A stretch of 64,000 bases of DNA from NCBI RefSeq assembly GCF_009914755.1, contig NC_060926.1; one strand, written 5' to 3'. Made by a program: the position numbers and the translations under genes. Source of the stretch: the human T2T-CHM13v2.0 reference genome, Homo sapiens. Below are positions 1-15,312 of the stretch, piece by piece (position 1 is the stretch's first letter; each line of letters begins with the position of its first letter). A model generated the notes under the pieces. The model saw nothing but the letters and a program-made list of their open reading frames with translations, was not told the origin of the DNA and searched no databases.

Positions 1-219
1 GCTTTTAAGCTGAATTCCACCTTTTCTGATAAGATTTCAATTTGTTTACCTTTGCTTGATAAATCTTTTGAAAAAATATTTGTGTAATTTGAGTCCTCAG
101 ATGACATTATCTTTTTTCACTGGTATTTTAAAACTGGTTACCATGGGATTACAATCAACATTCTAAATTCATATCAATCTAGTTTGCATTGATACCAACT
201 TAACTTCAATAACATACAA

Positions 220-1260
220 AATGTGAAACGATGGAAAAAGATATTTCATGAAAACAGTAAGTAAAAGAAAGCTACGGGCCTATATCAATATCAGAGAAAA
301 TGGATGTTAAATCCAAAACAAGACAAAGGACATACTATATTAATAAAAGATTCATCAAGAAGATCAAAGAACTTGGAGAAATGAGCAGTTACTAATTAAA
401 GGGCATAGAGTTTCAGTTAAGCAAAATGAAGAAGTTCTAGAGCTCTGTTGTGTGACACCGTGCCTACAATGAACAACAATGTACATTTTAACTTCTCCCT
501 ACCAGGGCAGATCTCATGTTAAGTGTTCATACCACAATAAAGAGAAAAAGAAACAGCAATTATAAACCTTCGCACATCAAAGAATAGTGCCCCATGTGAC
601 AGAATAAAGGAGATACTGACAGAATTAAAGGGAGAGACAGAGAGGATGACAAGAATAGCTGGAGATTTCTTTTCTTTTTTTGAGACGGAGTCTCGCTCTG
701 TTGCCCAGGCTGGAGTGCAGTGGCGCAGTCTCAGCTCATGGCAAACTCTGCCTCCGGTTTTCAAGTAATTCTCTGCCTTAGCCTCCCGAGTAGCTGGGAT
801 TACAAGCATCCACCACCATGCGCAGCTAATTTTTGTATTTTTAGTAGAGACGGGTTTCACCATCTTGGCCAAGCTGGTCTTGAACTCCTGACCTTGTGAT
901 CCACCTGCCTTGGCCTCCCAAAGCACTGGGATTACAGGCGTGAGCCACTGTGCCCGGCCATAGCTGGAGATTTCAATAACCCCACTTTCAATAATGGATG
1001 AAACATCCAGACAGAATCTTGGCAAGGACACAGAGGACTGGAACACTAAACAAACTAGACCTAACAGATATATAGAATACTCCACCCAACAACAGTGATT
1101 GTACATTCTTCTCGAGGGCACATGGGACATTCTCCAGGATAGACCATATGTTAGGTCAAAATTCAAACTTCAAAAAATTCATAAAGTCTGAATCCAAACT
1201 AAAGATCTTTTCCAAGTACAATGGAAAGGACCTAAAAAATCAATGAGGGAAAATGGAAAA
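220..1260 (+). mobile_element. Old L1 fragments interrupted by an antisense Alu (~668-958, TSD ATAGCTGGAGATTTC)
   Basis: ORF2 endonuclease-like text (GGAGATTTCAATAACCCACTTTCAATAATGGA; ACATTCTCCAGGATAGACCATATGTTAGG). Confidence 0.8.
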
Positions 1261-1352
1261 ATTCACAATGACAGGTGAGACTTCTTCCCTGAGTCAGGTA
1301 ACGGTTTTGAACATATGCAGAACACTTCCTTAAACTTTTGGCGTCTTCATAA

Positions 1353-1553
<201 letters not shown>

Positions 1554-2136
1554 TAGTAGAGACAGGGTTTCATCACGTTGGCCAGGCTGGTCTTGAACTC
1601 CTGGCCTTAGGTGATCTGTCCGCATCGGCCTCCCAAAGTGTTGAGATTACAGACGTGAGCCACCATGCCCGGAGTTGGTTTTGTTTTTTTTTTTTTTTTT
1701 TTAAAGACAGGGTCTTGGGAGGAGGAGGTTGCAGTGAGCAGAGATCGCACCACTGCACTCCAGCCTGGGTGACAAGAGCAAAACTCCGTCTCAAAAACAA
1801 AAAAAAGACAGGGTCTCACTCTGTTGCCCAGGCTGGAGTGCAGTGGTACGATCTTGGCTCACTGCAGAGATCTGCCTCCCAGGCTCAAGCAAATCTCCCA
1901 CCTCCCGAGTAGCTGGGACAACAGGTGCACCACTACGCCTGGCTAATTTTTGTATTTTTAGTACAGACAGGGTTTCACCATGTTGGCCAGGCTAGTCTCA
2001 AACTCCTGACCTCAAGTAATCCACCCGCCTCAGCCTCCCAAAGCGCTGGGATTAGTGAGGGCACTGTGCCCGGCCTGACAAGCACTTTCAAGTTCTGTAT
2101 GACTAACGTTTTCTCCATTACTTTCTTACGTCTAGA

Positions 2137-2665
2137 CCAGGCGTTGACAAACTATATCCCAGCCCAGCATCAGTTTTGCAGATGAAATCTTTCAGTACAG
2201 CTACACCAGACATGAGGACTCATGACAGAGACTACGCGACTCACAAAACCTAAAATAACTTACTATTTATCTTTCCCCTTATTGAAAACGCTTACCAATC
2301 TCTGCTTAGATGATCAACAAAACAGTAAACAAAGTGCTATTGATAATTTCTGTGGAACAAGTGCTCCAACTGGGGCCAATTTCAAGCTGCCAATGCTAAA
2401 TGACTCAGTGTGGAGTGGGGTGGAGGTTGGCGGGGGGAGAGGGAGACATGAAACAGCACACCATTCTACATAATTATTCCATGGGAAGAAGGATAAAATG
2501 TAGTTGAATAATTAGCAAGTACTGGGTATTTTAATTTAATTACGAGTTTTTACCCAGGATTATAGTTTTTTCAATGGCTGTGTCTAACACTCACCTCATA
2601 AAATTCCTGATAATGTATCAATCTACTCTTGTGAGTTAGCACAAGTCAAGTTCAGCATCCCTTTA
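2137..2665. mobile_element. hAT DNA transposon relics: MER58-like (~2137-2305) and MER63-like (~2335-2665)
   Basis: Resemblance to recalled consensus (CAGGCGTTGACAAACTAT; AATTTCAAGCTGCCAA, AAAATTCCTGA). Confidence 0.6.
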
Positions 2666-2784
2666 CTTAATGTTTCATTCTGACCTTCCTGAATCACTTT
2701 GTGTTTGGCCTGCCTCTGAATACAAGGCAGAGCAGAAGTGGGTTCTGCTTTGCAATGCAATCTGGAAACAGGTGAGTTAAGACC

Positions 2785-4135
<1,351 letters not shown>

Positions 4136-4488
4136 AAGTCACTGACATGACATGATATGACGCATGCTTGGTCTTACTTCTATCACGATATGCTCTGTAT
4201 GGTTTTTCTTTTATCTTTCTCTCTTTTTTTTTTTTAGACAGGTTCTTATTCTGTCACTCAGGCTGCAGTGGAATGACATGAACACAACTCACTATAAACT
4301 CAACCTGCCAGGCTCAAGCAATCCTCCCACCTCAGCCTCCTGTGTAGCTGGGACTACAGGCCCATACCACCACACCTGGCCAATTTTTTTATTTTGTTTT
4401 TAGAGCTGGGGTTTCGCCATATTGCCCAGGCTGATATCGAACCCCCGGGCTCCCCCCATCTGTTGACCTCGGCCTCCTAAGGTGCTAG

Positions 4489-4788
<300 letters not shown>

Positions 4789-5529
4789 TGATCTACCCGC
4801 CTTGGCCTCCCAAAGTGCTGGGATTACAGGCATGAGCCACCGTGCCCCGCCACCCACTTTCTCATTTCTATCTTCCACGGCCAATACTCTCTTGTGCAGT
4901 TTTAATTTTGCCTTCCTTCTGTGGTATCTTCATTAGTTCTCTACTGAGTCCTGTCAAGTCCTGTGTCATCACTTCATGTTTTGCCATTTACTCCAGGAGT
5001 CTTTTGTATTTGAACTTTGTGTTTTCCTTCATAGAGGTGGTTATTTTGTTATGTTATTTAAATTCATGGTGGCATGTTTCATTATAAATTTCATCTGTCC
5101 CCTGTCAACATCTTTTGGTCAGTGTCTTAAGGAACAGATTAATATACTTTGTTGTTCTTTTCCTATGTTTTAATTTTAATTATCTTCATATTAATCCTTT
5201 TTTGTTACTCATCAGTGAATGGAGTTGGCTATTTCTAAAACAGCCATTTATATGAGATTACTTTTACTTGGGTGTGGGAGTGTGGGGGGTTTATTCTTCC
5301 AGCTAGTTATTTCTTCACAATCCAAATGCTCTCTTCTTTCAGGTGCCACAGATTGACTACTGCAAATAAAGCCAGTCTGAGTGCCTGTGTAGGCCCTACC
5401 TCCACAACTTCTCTGAAGCACAGCAAATCCAAGAAAGAGTCTAAAAAAGAGACCCTGCTCACCCTATTTCTGCACCTGCTGTTGCTCACAGGGAGACTTT
5501 GGTACCTCATGGCAGGTTCTTCACCTTCA

Positions 5530-5709
<180 letters not shown>

Positions 5710-5712
5710 CTA

Positions 5713-6069
<357 letters not shown>

Positions 6070-6516
6070 CTACCTGCAGTCCCAGCTACTCAGGAGGCTA
6101 AGGTGGGAGGATCCTTGCGCCCAGGAGTTCAAGGCTGCAGTGAGCTATGATCACGCCACTGCACTCCAGCCGGGGTGACTGGGCAAGACCCTGTCTCTAA
6201 AAATAAAACAAAAATAAGCAAACAAAAACCCGAAGTGTTCATTAGCTGAAGACTAACTGTGGCACCAACACACCTCAGAACATCACACAGTATAGGGAAA
6301 CAGTCACTTTTTCTGGTTTTTCATTTTCCTGACCTCTAAAGATGCTATGTCCTCAAGCCTGGTCCTTGCACCACTTCTGTTCTATTTATACTACCTTCCA
6401 CTCTCATGGCTCTAAAGAACATCTACCTGCTTACAATTCCCAAATCTCTATCACCAGCACGGACTTCTACTTCAATTCTAGAGCTGTATTACTTCAGAAT
6501 TTTTTTGTTGTTGTGA

Positions 6517-6746
<230 letters not shown>

Positions 6747-7717
6747 TGACTCCCAAAGTCCGAGGGAGTGCTGGGATTCCAGGCGTGAGCCCCTGTGCCC
6801 GGCTTCCTTCAGAATTTTCTATCTGTCTATTTGACATCTCCACTTGGGTATCCAATCATCTAGATATTGCAAAAGTAAAACGACTGAAACTAACCTGATT
6901 TTTTTCCTGCTATTCTCATAGCTTTCCTCATTTTAGAATGCTCAGGTAAAATTTGGGAGCTATCCTTGACTCCTCTCTTTCTCTCCATTCCATCAGAAAA
7001 TTTTGTCAGCTGTACCTTCAAATCATATCAAGAATCCAAACACTTTTAAGACATATGGGCAGGGTGCGGTGCTCATGTCTGTAATCCCAGCACTTTGTGA
7101 GGCTGAGGTGGGAATACTGCTTGAGCCCAGGAGTTCCAGACCAGCCTGGGCAACATGGTGAAACCCCGTTTCGACAAAAAAATACAAAAATGAGCTGGGT
7201 ATGGTGGCTCTTAAGTAGTCCTAACTACTCAGGAGGTTAAGGTTGCAGTGAGCTGAGATTGCACCACTACACTCCAGCCTGGGTGACAGAGTGAGACCCT
7301 ATTTCATTAAAACAAACAAACAAACAGACAAACAAAAAACACTACCTCCATGCAGGTTCAAGCCATGAAGATAGTTAACGATTTTATCAGCTCTCACCTG
7401 GTCTTCCTGCTTCCACCCTTGCTCTGCTGCAGTTTATTCTCAGCACAGTAGCCAGAGTGATTCTTTTAAAATAAGTCAGATCATGTCACTCCTATGCCTT
7501 AACCCTCCAATGGCTCTCCGTCTTAGAATAAAATCCAAAGGCTTCTGAATAGCCCACAAGGCCCTAAATAATCTAGCTCTCAATGTCATCTCTAAGCCAT
7601 CTTGTACAACTCTCACCTCTGGTTCCAGGCTAGTCTTCCTTGCTGGTCCTGTGATATTATTCCTAATATACAGGGAGTCCTCACTGAGCACGAAGCTCAC
7701 ACATGTAAATATCAGAT

Positions 7718-8330
<613 letters not shown>

Positions 8331-8339
8331 GGCTAGCTC

Positions 8340-9317
<978 letters not shown>

Positions 9318-10069
9318 TAGCCAGGATGGTCTCTATCTCCTGACCTTGTGATCTGCCCGCCTCGGCCTCCCAAAGTTCTGGGATTACAGGTGTGAGCCAC
9401 TGCGCCCGGCTGGTCATTTTTATGTTACTGCACTAATGTGCAAACTGACAACTGCAAGTATCCTTATATCAAAGCCTTGGTTCCTCTTTCCTCTGCCTGA
9501 CACATTCCAGCATCAAGGAGCACATGGCTTATTCCTTCATACTCTTCTCAGAGAAGCCTTTTTCTGTAAATCATCACCTCTTCCTCCCATTACTTTTTAT
9601 TCCCTTTACTCTGTCTCCCTTTCTTCTTATATTTATTATTTCTTCACATCCACTAGAAAGTAAACTGAAAGGGAATGGACACATTACATCTATTTTTGTG
9701 ACTGCTCTATAGCCCCACATCCTAAAATAATACCAGGCACAAACAAGGCATTCACAATTTTTTTTTCTCAAATGCGGTTTTATGAAGAAGTAAATCTAAA
9801 TATACTAACATGGCAAACTATTACTGATATAAGTAAAAGTGCGAGACATAAAACAATATAATCAGTAAGATCTCTTTTAAGAATCTATCAACTGGGACCG
9901 GGCACGGTGGCTCACGCCTGTAATCCCAACACTTTGGGAGGCCAAGGCGGGCGGTTCACGAGGTCAAGTGATAGAGACCATCCTGGCCAACATGGTGAAA
10001 CTCCGTCTCTACTAAAAATACAAAAATTAGCTGGGTGTGGTAGCACGCTCCTGTAGTCCCAGATACTCA

Positions 10070-10273
<204 letters not shown>

Positions 10274-10591
10274 CTACAGGAAAAAACAAACAAACAAAAC
10301 CCCAAAACTGTTACCAGTCAACATTATTCTAGGAAGTGGGATTGGCAATGTGGGTAGAGAATGAGACAATAATTTTCACTTTATACTTTAAGTATTTTTA
10401 TATAATCTAATTACTTTTTCCAGTATAATATTACTTGTGGAATTAAGAAGAGAAAGAACAAATACTGTCATAAGGCCCGGCATGGTGGTTCATGCTTATA
10501 ATCCCAGCACTTTGGGAGGCTGAGGCACGTGGATCAATTGAGGTCAGGAGTTTGAGACCAGCCTGGCCGACATGGCGAAATCCTGACTCTA

Positions 10592-10795
<204 letters not shown>

Positions 10796-11007
10796 TCACG
10801 ATGTCATTTTTGAATGCCATAGCAACTGGGTGTTTGCTATAAGGCACATACAAAGTGTTTTAAAAGTATCATTTTGTTTAAATACACAAAAATTCTATGA
10901 GGTAGATGTTATAGGAATGCGCAATGCCCACTTTATAAATGAGGCAAATGGGAATCAGAGAGGTTGAAAAATGCGTTCAGGTCATGCAGCTAGAAAGTGC
11001 ATATAAG

Positions 11008-11150
11008 TTGGGAGTGGTGGCACACGTCTATAGTCCCAGCTACTCAAGAGGCTGAGGCTGATCACTTGAGCCCAGGAGTTCAAGGCTGTCGTGTGTTACA
11101 ATTTTCTATGATGGCGGCTGAGAATAGCCACTGCACTCCAGCCTGGGCTA
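11008..11150 (+). mobile_element. FAM (fossil Alu monomer)
   Basis: Single monomer with diagnostic GAATAGCCACTGCACTCCAGCC. Confidence 0.7.
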
Positions 11151-11251
11151 TATAACCTAACAAGACTATGTCATGCAGGAATATTAGACTCTCCCCAACT
11201 GCAACGATGTGTGGGTAAAAGCAAGAGTGCGAAGAACACTTAGGTGCTCAC

Positions 11252-11356
11252 CCTGCAGGCCTAGGTGACCCAGACGTACTCCGCATAGAGCTTTCCACTC
11301 GAGGACTAGCAACATCAGGAGGCTGAGGAGGAATGAGGGTTTTCCGAACTGCCATT
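11252..11356 (-). CDS. SAP130: SAP130 cassette exon 15 (GMAVRKTLIPPQPPDVASPRVESSMRSTSGSPRPA)
   Basis: CTCTTTCAG| acceptor, AGG|GTGAGC donor; 105 nt, phase 2-2, open in frame with exon 14; unique sequence among repeats. Confidence 0.88.
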
Positions 11357-12197
11357 CTGAAAGAGACAAGAGACAAACCCGGAGAACAGCAGTCCAAGGG
11401 CATTCAAGGCTAAGAAATACAGGATGCACATTTGCCAGGCATACCTAGGACAAAATAAAGCCCTACATTGACTAAGTATTTTTAAAATGGATTTTCATTT
11501 TCTCGGATACCACAGACACATTACCAAAAAACTCAAATAGTACACAAAATCTTAAAAAAAAAAAGAGCAGGTCCCTTCCCCATTCCTGCTCACTTCCTGC
11601 CAGGCTCCCTCCAGGAAGCAACCATTGTGACTCTTTTAGCCGCTGCTTCTAGCATGCCACATCTCCTTTCTACTTAATGTTATTAACACTGACATCCATA
11701 TTAAGTGTTTACAATTATTATTATGCCTATGGTGTTTATAAAGACCCCGAAGCCAAGTGAAAAAACCTGATCCAGGAAGAGTTGGAGATCAATTGTGCTG
11801 TGCAGCAGAGAGGCCACGTAAGGCTCTGACAGAGAATTATCCATCAGGTTAGCACTTTGAAAACATGAGCAATCTTGACATGTTTAGTTTTGACAGAGTG
11901 GTGGGAACAAATACCAGTTGAGAGTGGATCTGAGAGAAAATAACTAGACAGGAATATACCAGTTTACAACACATAATCACTAATGGATCCAGGTACTGAT
12001 CTTCAGAGCCACTAACATCTCAAAAAGGGTGAGCACCAGACATCATGTGTCTTCTGGTAAGAGACTAATCACCAAACTATGAAGTAGTCTTGCCATAAGA
12101 AGAAATTAAAAAAAAGAAAAATCAGATCAAACCTTCAGAGTCAAGTAACAACTTACAGAAAATGTGGAAGATAGAACAAGTGAAATTACTCTACGGG

Positions 12198-12682
12198 TGC
12201 AGTCAGTTGAACTGAGTTCTTTAAGAAGATACATGTAAGTCCCAATCTTTAGTAACTGTGAATGTGACCTTACTTGAAAAAAGGGCCTTTGCAAATGTAA
12301 TTAAGGATCTCAAGATAAGAGATTCTTAATTACATTTAGATGTAGAGCTTTGGATGTAGAGTTTAGTTTAAAATCCAGTGACAAGTATCCTAGTAACAGA
12401 AAGGGAAGGGAGATTTGAGACACAGGTATGAGGGCAAGGCCATGTGACGACGGAGGCAGAGATTGGGGTGCTGTGCCTGCAAGCCAAAGAACACAAAGAT
12501 CAACAGCAGCCACTGGCAGCCAGCACAAGTGGATTCTCCCTGAGAACCTCCGGGGGAACTGACCCTGATGACACCTTCATTTCAGATTTCTAGCTACTGG
12601 AACTATAAGATAATACATGTCTGTTGCCTTAAGCCAGAAGATTTATGGTAGTTTGTTACAGCAGCCCTAGGAAATGAATACA
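12198..12682 (+). mobile_element. MLT1 (MaLR) LTR
   Basis: GTGAATGTGACCTTA, GGAGGCAGAGATTGG, TTTGTTACAGCAGCCCTAGGAAATGAATACA hallmarks. Confidence 0.85.
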
Positions 12683-13008
12683 TTGGGGATGCCATCAACA
12701 AAATCCAGAGGGGGTATGGCCCAGAAGACCAAGTTTCTTCAACAAATAAACTGCAGGAAAAAAAAAAGATAATATAAAATATAACAAATTGTGTGACATT
12801 TCAGACCATTGGAAACCTGAACAATGACTGGCTATTTGATATTAAGGGGTTATTGGTTTTTTAATGTTATGTATCTCTCCATAGGAACATGCTGAAATAC
12901 ATACAAATGAAATGACATGGTATCTAGGATTTGCTTCAAAATAATATGATACGAGCAGGTAGGTAAGCATATAGGTGAAGCAAAATTAGCCAAGAGCTGA
13001 TAAGCTGA

Positions 13009-13293
<285 letters not shown>

Positions 13294-14231
13294 TGATCTG
13301 CCCGCCTTGGCCTCCCAAAGTGCTGGGATTACAGGCTTGACCCACCGTGCCTGGCCACAGGATTTTCTTATGTTTAAACTTTTCCATAACAAAAATAAGG
13401 ATAAAAGTTAAAAAAGCAAGACCAACTGCATTGCTGCCAACCCTCCCACCCCCAACACTGGCCAAAAACTAACCAAACCAAGAACAAATTTAAAAAAAAG
13501 AACCTAATGCGAAACATCACTATAAACCGACAGAATGACCAAACTCACAAAGACTGCCCAGAACAAGTGTTGGTGAGGATGAAACAATGATTACTCCTGG
13601 TGAGAGTGTAAATGGGTAAAACCACGCAGAAAACCATGCTCCATGAAAGTTTAAAACAAGCACACCCTATGACATAGCAAATCCCTCAGTATTTAACAGA
13701 AACGTACTCATGCATGAATCAAAAGTCATGCACAAAAATGTTCAGGGTATCATTACAGGAAAACATGGAAGCAACCCAAATAACCATGGATAAAACACGG
13801 TACTGTTATACATGGTATTTTATACAATTAAAAAATTACAATCAAGGCCAGGTGCTCACGCATGTAATCCTAGCACTTTGGGAGGCTGAACCAGGTGGAA
13901 TGCTTCAGCCCGGGAGTTCGAGACCAGCCGGGGCAACATGGTGAAATCCCATCTCTACTAAAAATACAAAAACTGAGGTGGGAGGATCACCTGAGCCTGG
14001 GGAGGTAAATGCTGCAGTAAGCTGTGATCGCGCCACCACAGTCCAACCTGGGAGACAGAGTGAGACCCCCATCTCAACAACAACAACAACAACAACAACA
14101 AATTCATAGGCAATAATGCAGATGAATTACATAAAACCGAGTGATGAAAGTCAGACTCACACAAAAAAATGCACATCATATGATTCTATCTATCCATTGG
14201 TTAGTTACCTTTGGGAAAAGATGTTGGTAAC

Positions 14232-15312
14232 TGTTAAGGTCACCACGACCAGACCATTTCCTTCCCCTCCCACAGGCCTTACAATACAGTCCCTTGCACT
14301 CTCCTCACAGCTACCCGAGGGCAAAAGACAAACCCCCACCCCACCCTTCACTGACCCCTCCAGTAACTGTCCAGTTACAGGATGCGGTTAACATGTCTGT
14401 TCACCTCGCACAACAAAGCTGGCAAAAAACATCTCCAGGATGCGGGTAAAGACACCTGTACCCGACTCAGCACTCCCACCCTGACCCAGTCCTCCTGCAC
14501 CCCCAATTCACCTCCCCCACCCCAACCCAGTCCTCCTGTACCCCCGACTCAGCTCCCCCACCCCGACCCAGTCCTCCTGCACCCCTGACTCAGCTCCCCC
14601 ACCCCGATCCAGTCCTCCTGCACCCCGACTCAGCTCCCCCACCCCGACCCAGTCCTCCTGCACCCTCGACTCAGCTCCCTCACCCCGACCCAGTCCTCCT
14701 GCACCGACTCAGCTCCCGCACTCCGACCTAGTCCTCCTGCACCCGACTCAGCTCCCTCACCCCAACCTAGTCCTCCTGCACCCCCGACTCAGCTCCCTCA
14801 CCCCGACCCAGTCCTCTTGCACCCCTGACTCAGTTCCCCCACCCCGACTCAGTCCTCCTGCACCCCTGACTCAGCTCCCCCACCCCGACCCAGTCCTCCT
14901 GCACCCCCGACTCAGCTCCCTCACCCTGACCCAGTCCTCCTGCACCCCCGACTCAGCTCCCCCACCCCGACCCAGTCCTCCTGCACCCCCGACTCAGCTC
15001 CCCCACCCCGACCCAGTCCTCCTGCACCCCCGACAGCTCCCTCACCCCGACGCAGTCCTCCTGCACCCCGACTCAGCTCCCCTACCCCGACCCAGTCCTC
15101 CTGCACCCTCGACTCAGCTCTCCCACCCCGACCCAGTCCTCTTGCACCCGACTCAGCTCCCCGACCCCGACCCAGTTCTGGCCCTACAAAACCCTGCTAT
15201 AGTCTGTAAGGGGGGCTGCCTCCTCTAACTGTGGTGGAGCAGCCAAGCAGCTCAATAAAGCTTGCTTGCCTGACTTTGGGTCTCCTCATCCTTTCTCTTG
15301 GCTGACCTTACA
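14232..15312 (+). mobile_element. Solo LTR, ERVL class (LTR18-like), with internal minisatellite
   Basis: Ends TGTTAAGGTCA...TGACCTTACA; 5-bp TSD GTAAC (14227-14231, 15313-15317); degenerate TATA CCTACAAAA ~15183; AATAAA 15254; family name from recall. Confidence 0.8.
14461..15176. repeat. Minisatellite/VNTR, ~41-bp unit, ~18 copies
   Basis: Consensus CGACTCAGCTCCCCCACCCCGACCCAGTCCTCCTGCACCCC; unit starts 14463, 14504, 14545, 14586 ... 15149. Confidence 0.97.

Noticed and set aside
519-1166. 215-aa minus-strand ORF and the many 60-140 aa ORFs with [19 protein letters not shown] motifs
   Set aside because: Translations of Alu and L1 sequence, not genes
11008-11150. Possible 7SL RNA gene or pseudogene
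   Set aside because: Lacks the 7SL S domain; fits a FAM monomer
14461-15176. Tandem array as a CRISPR-like locus or Pro-rich coding repeat
   Set aside because: No unique spacers, no cas genes, eukaryotic context; unit length varies around 41 bp and breaks any reading frame
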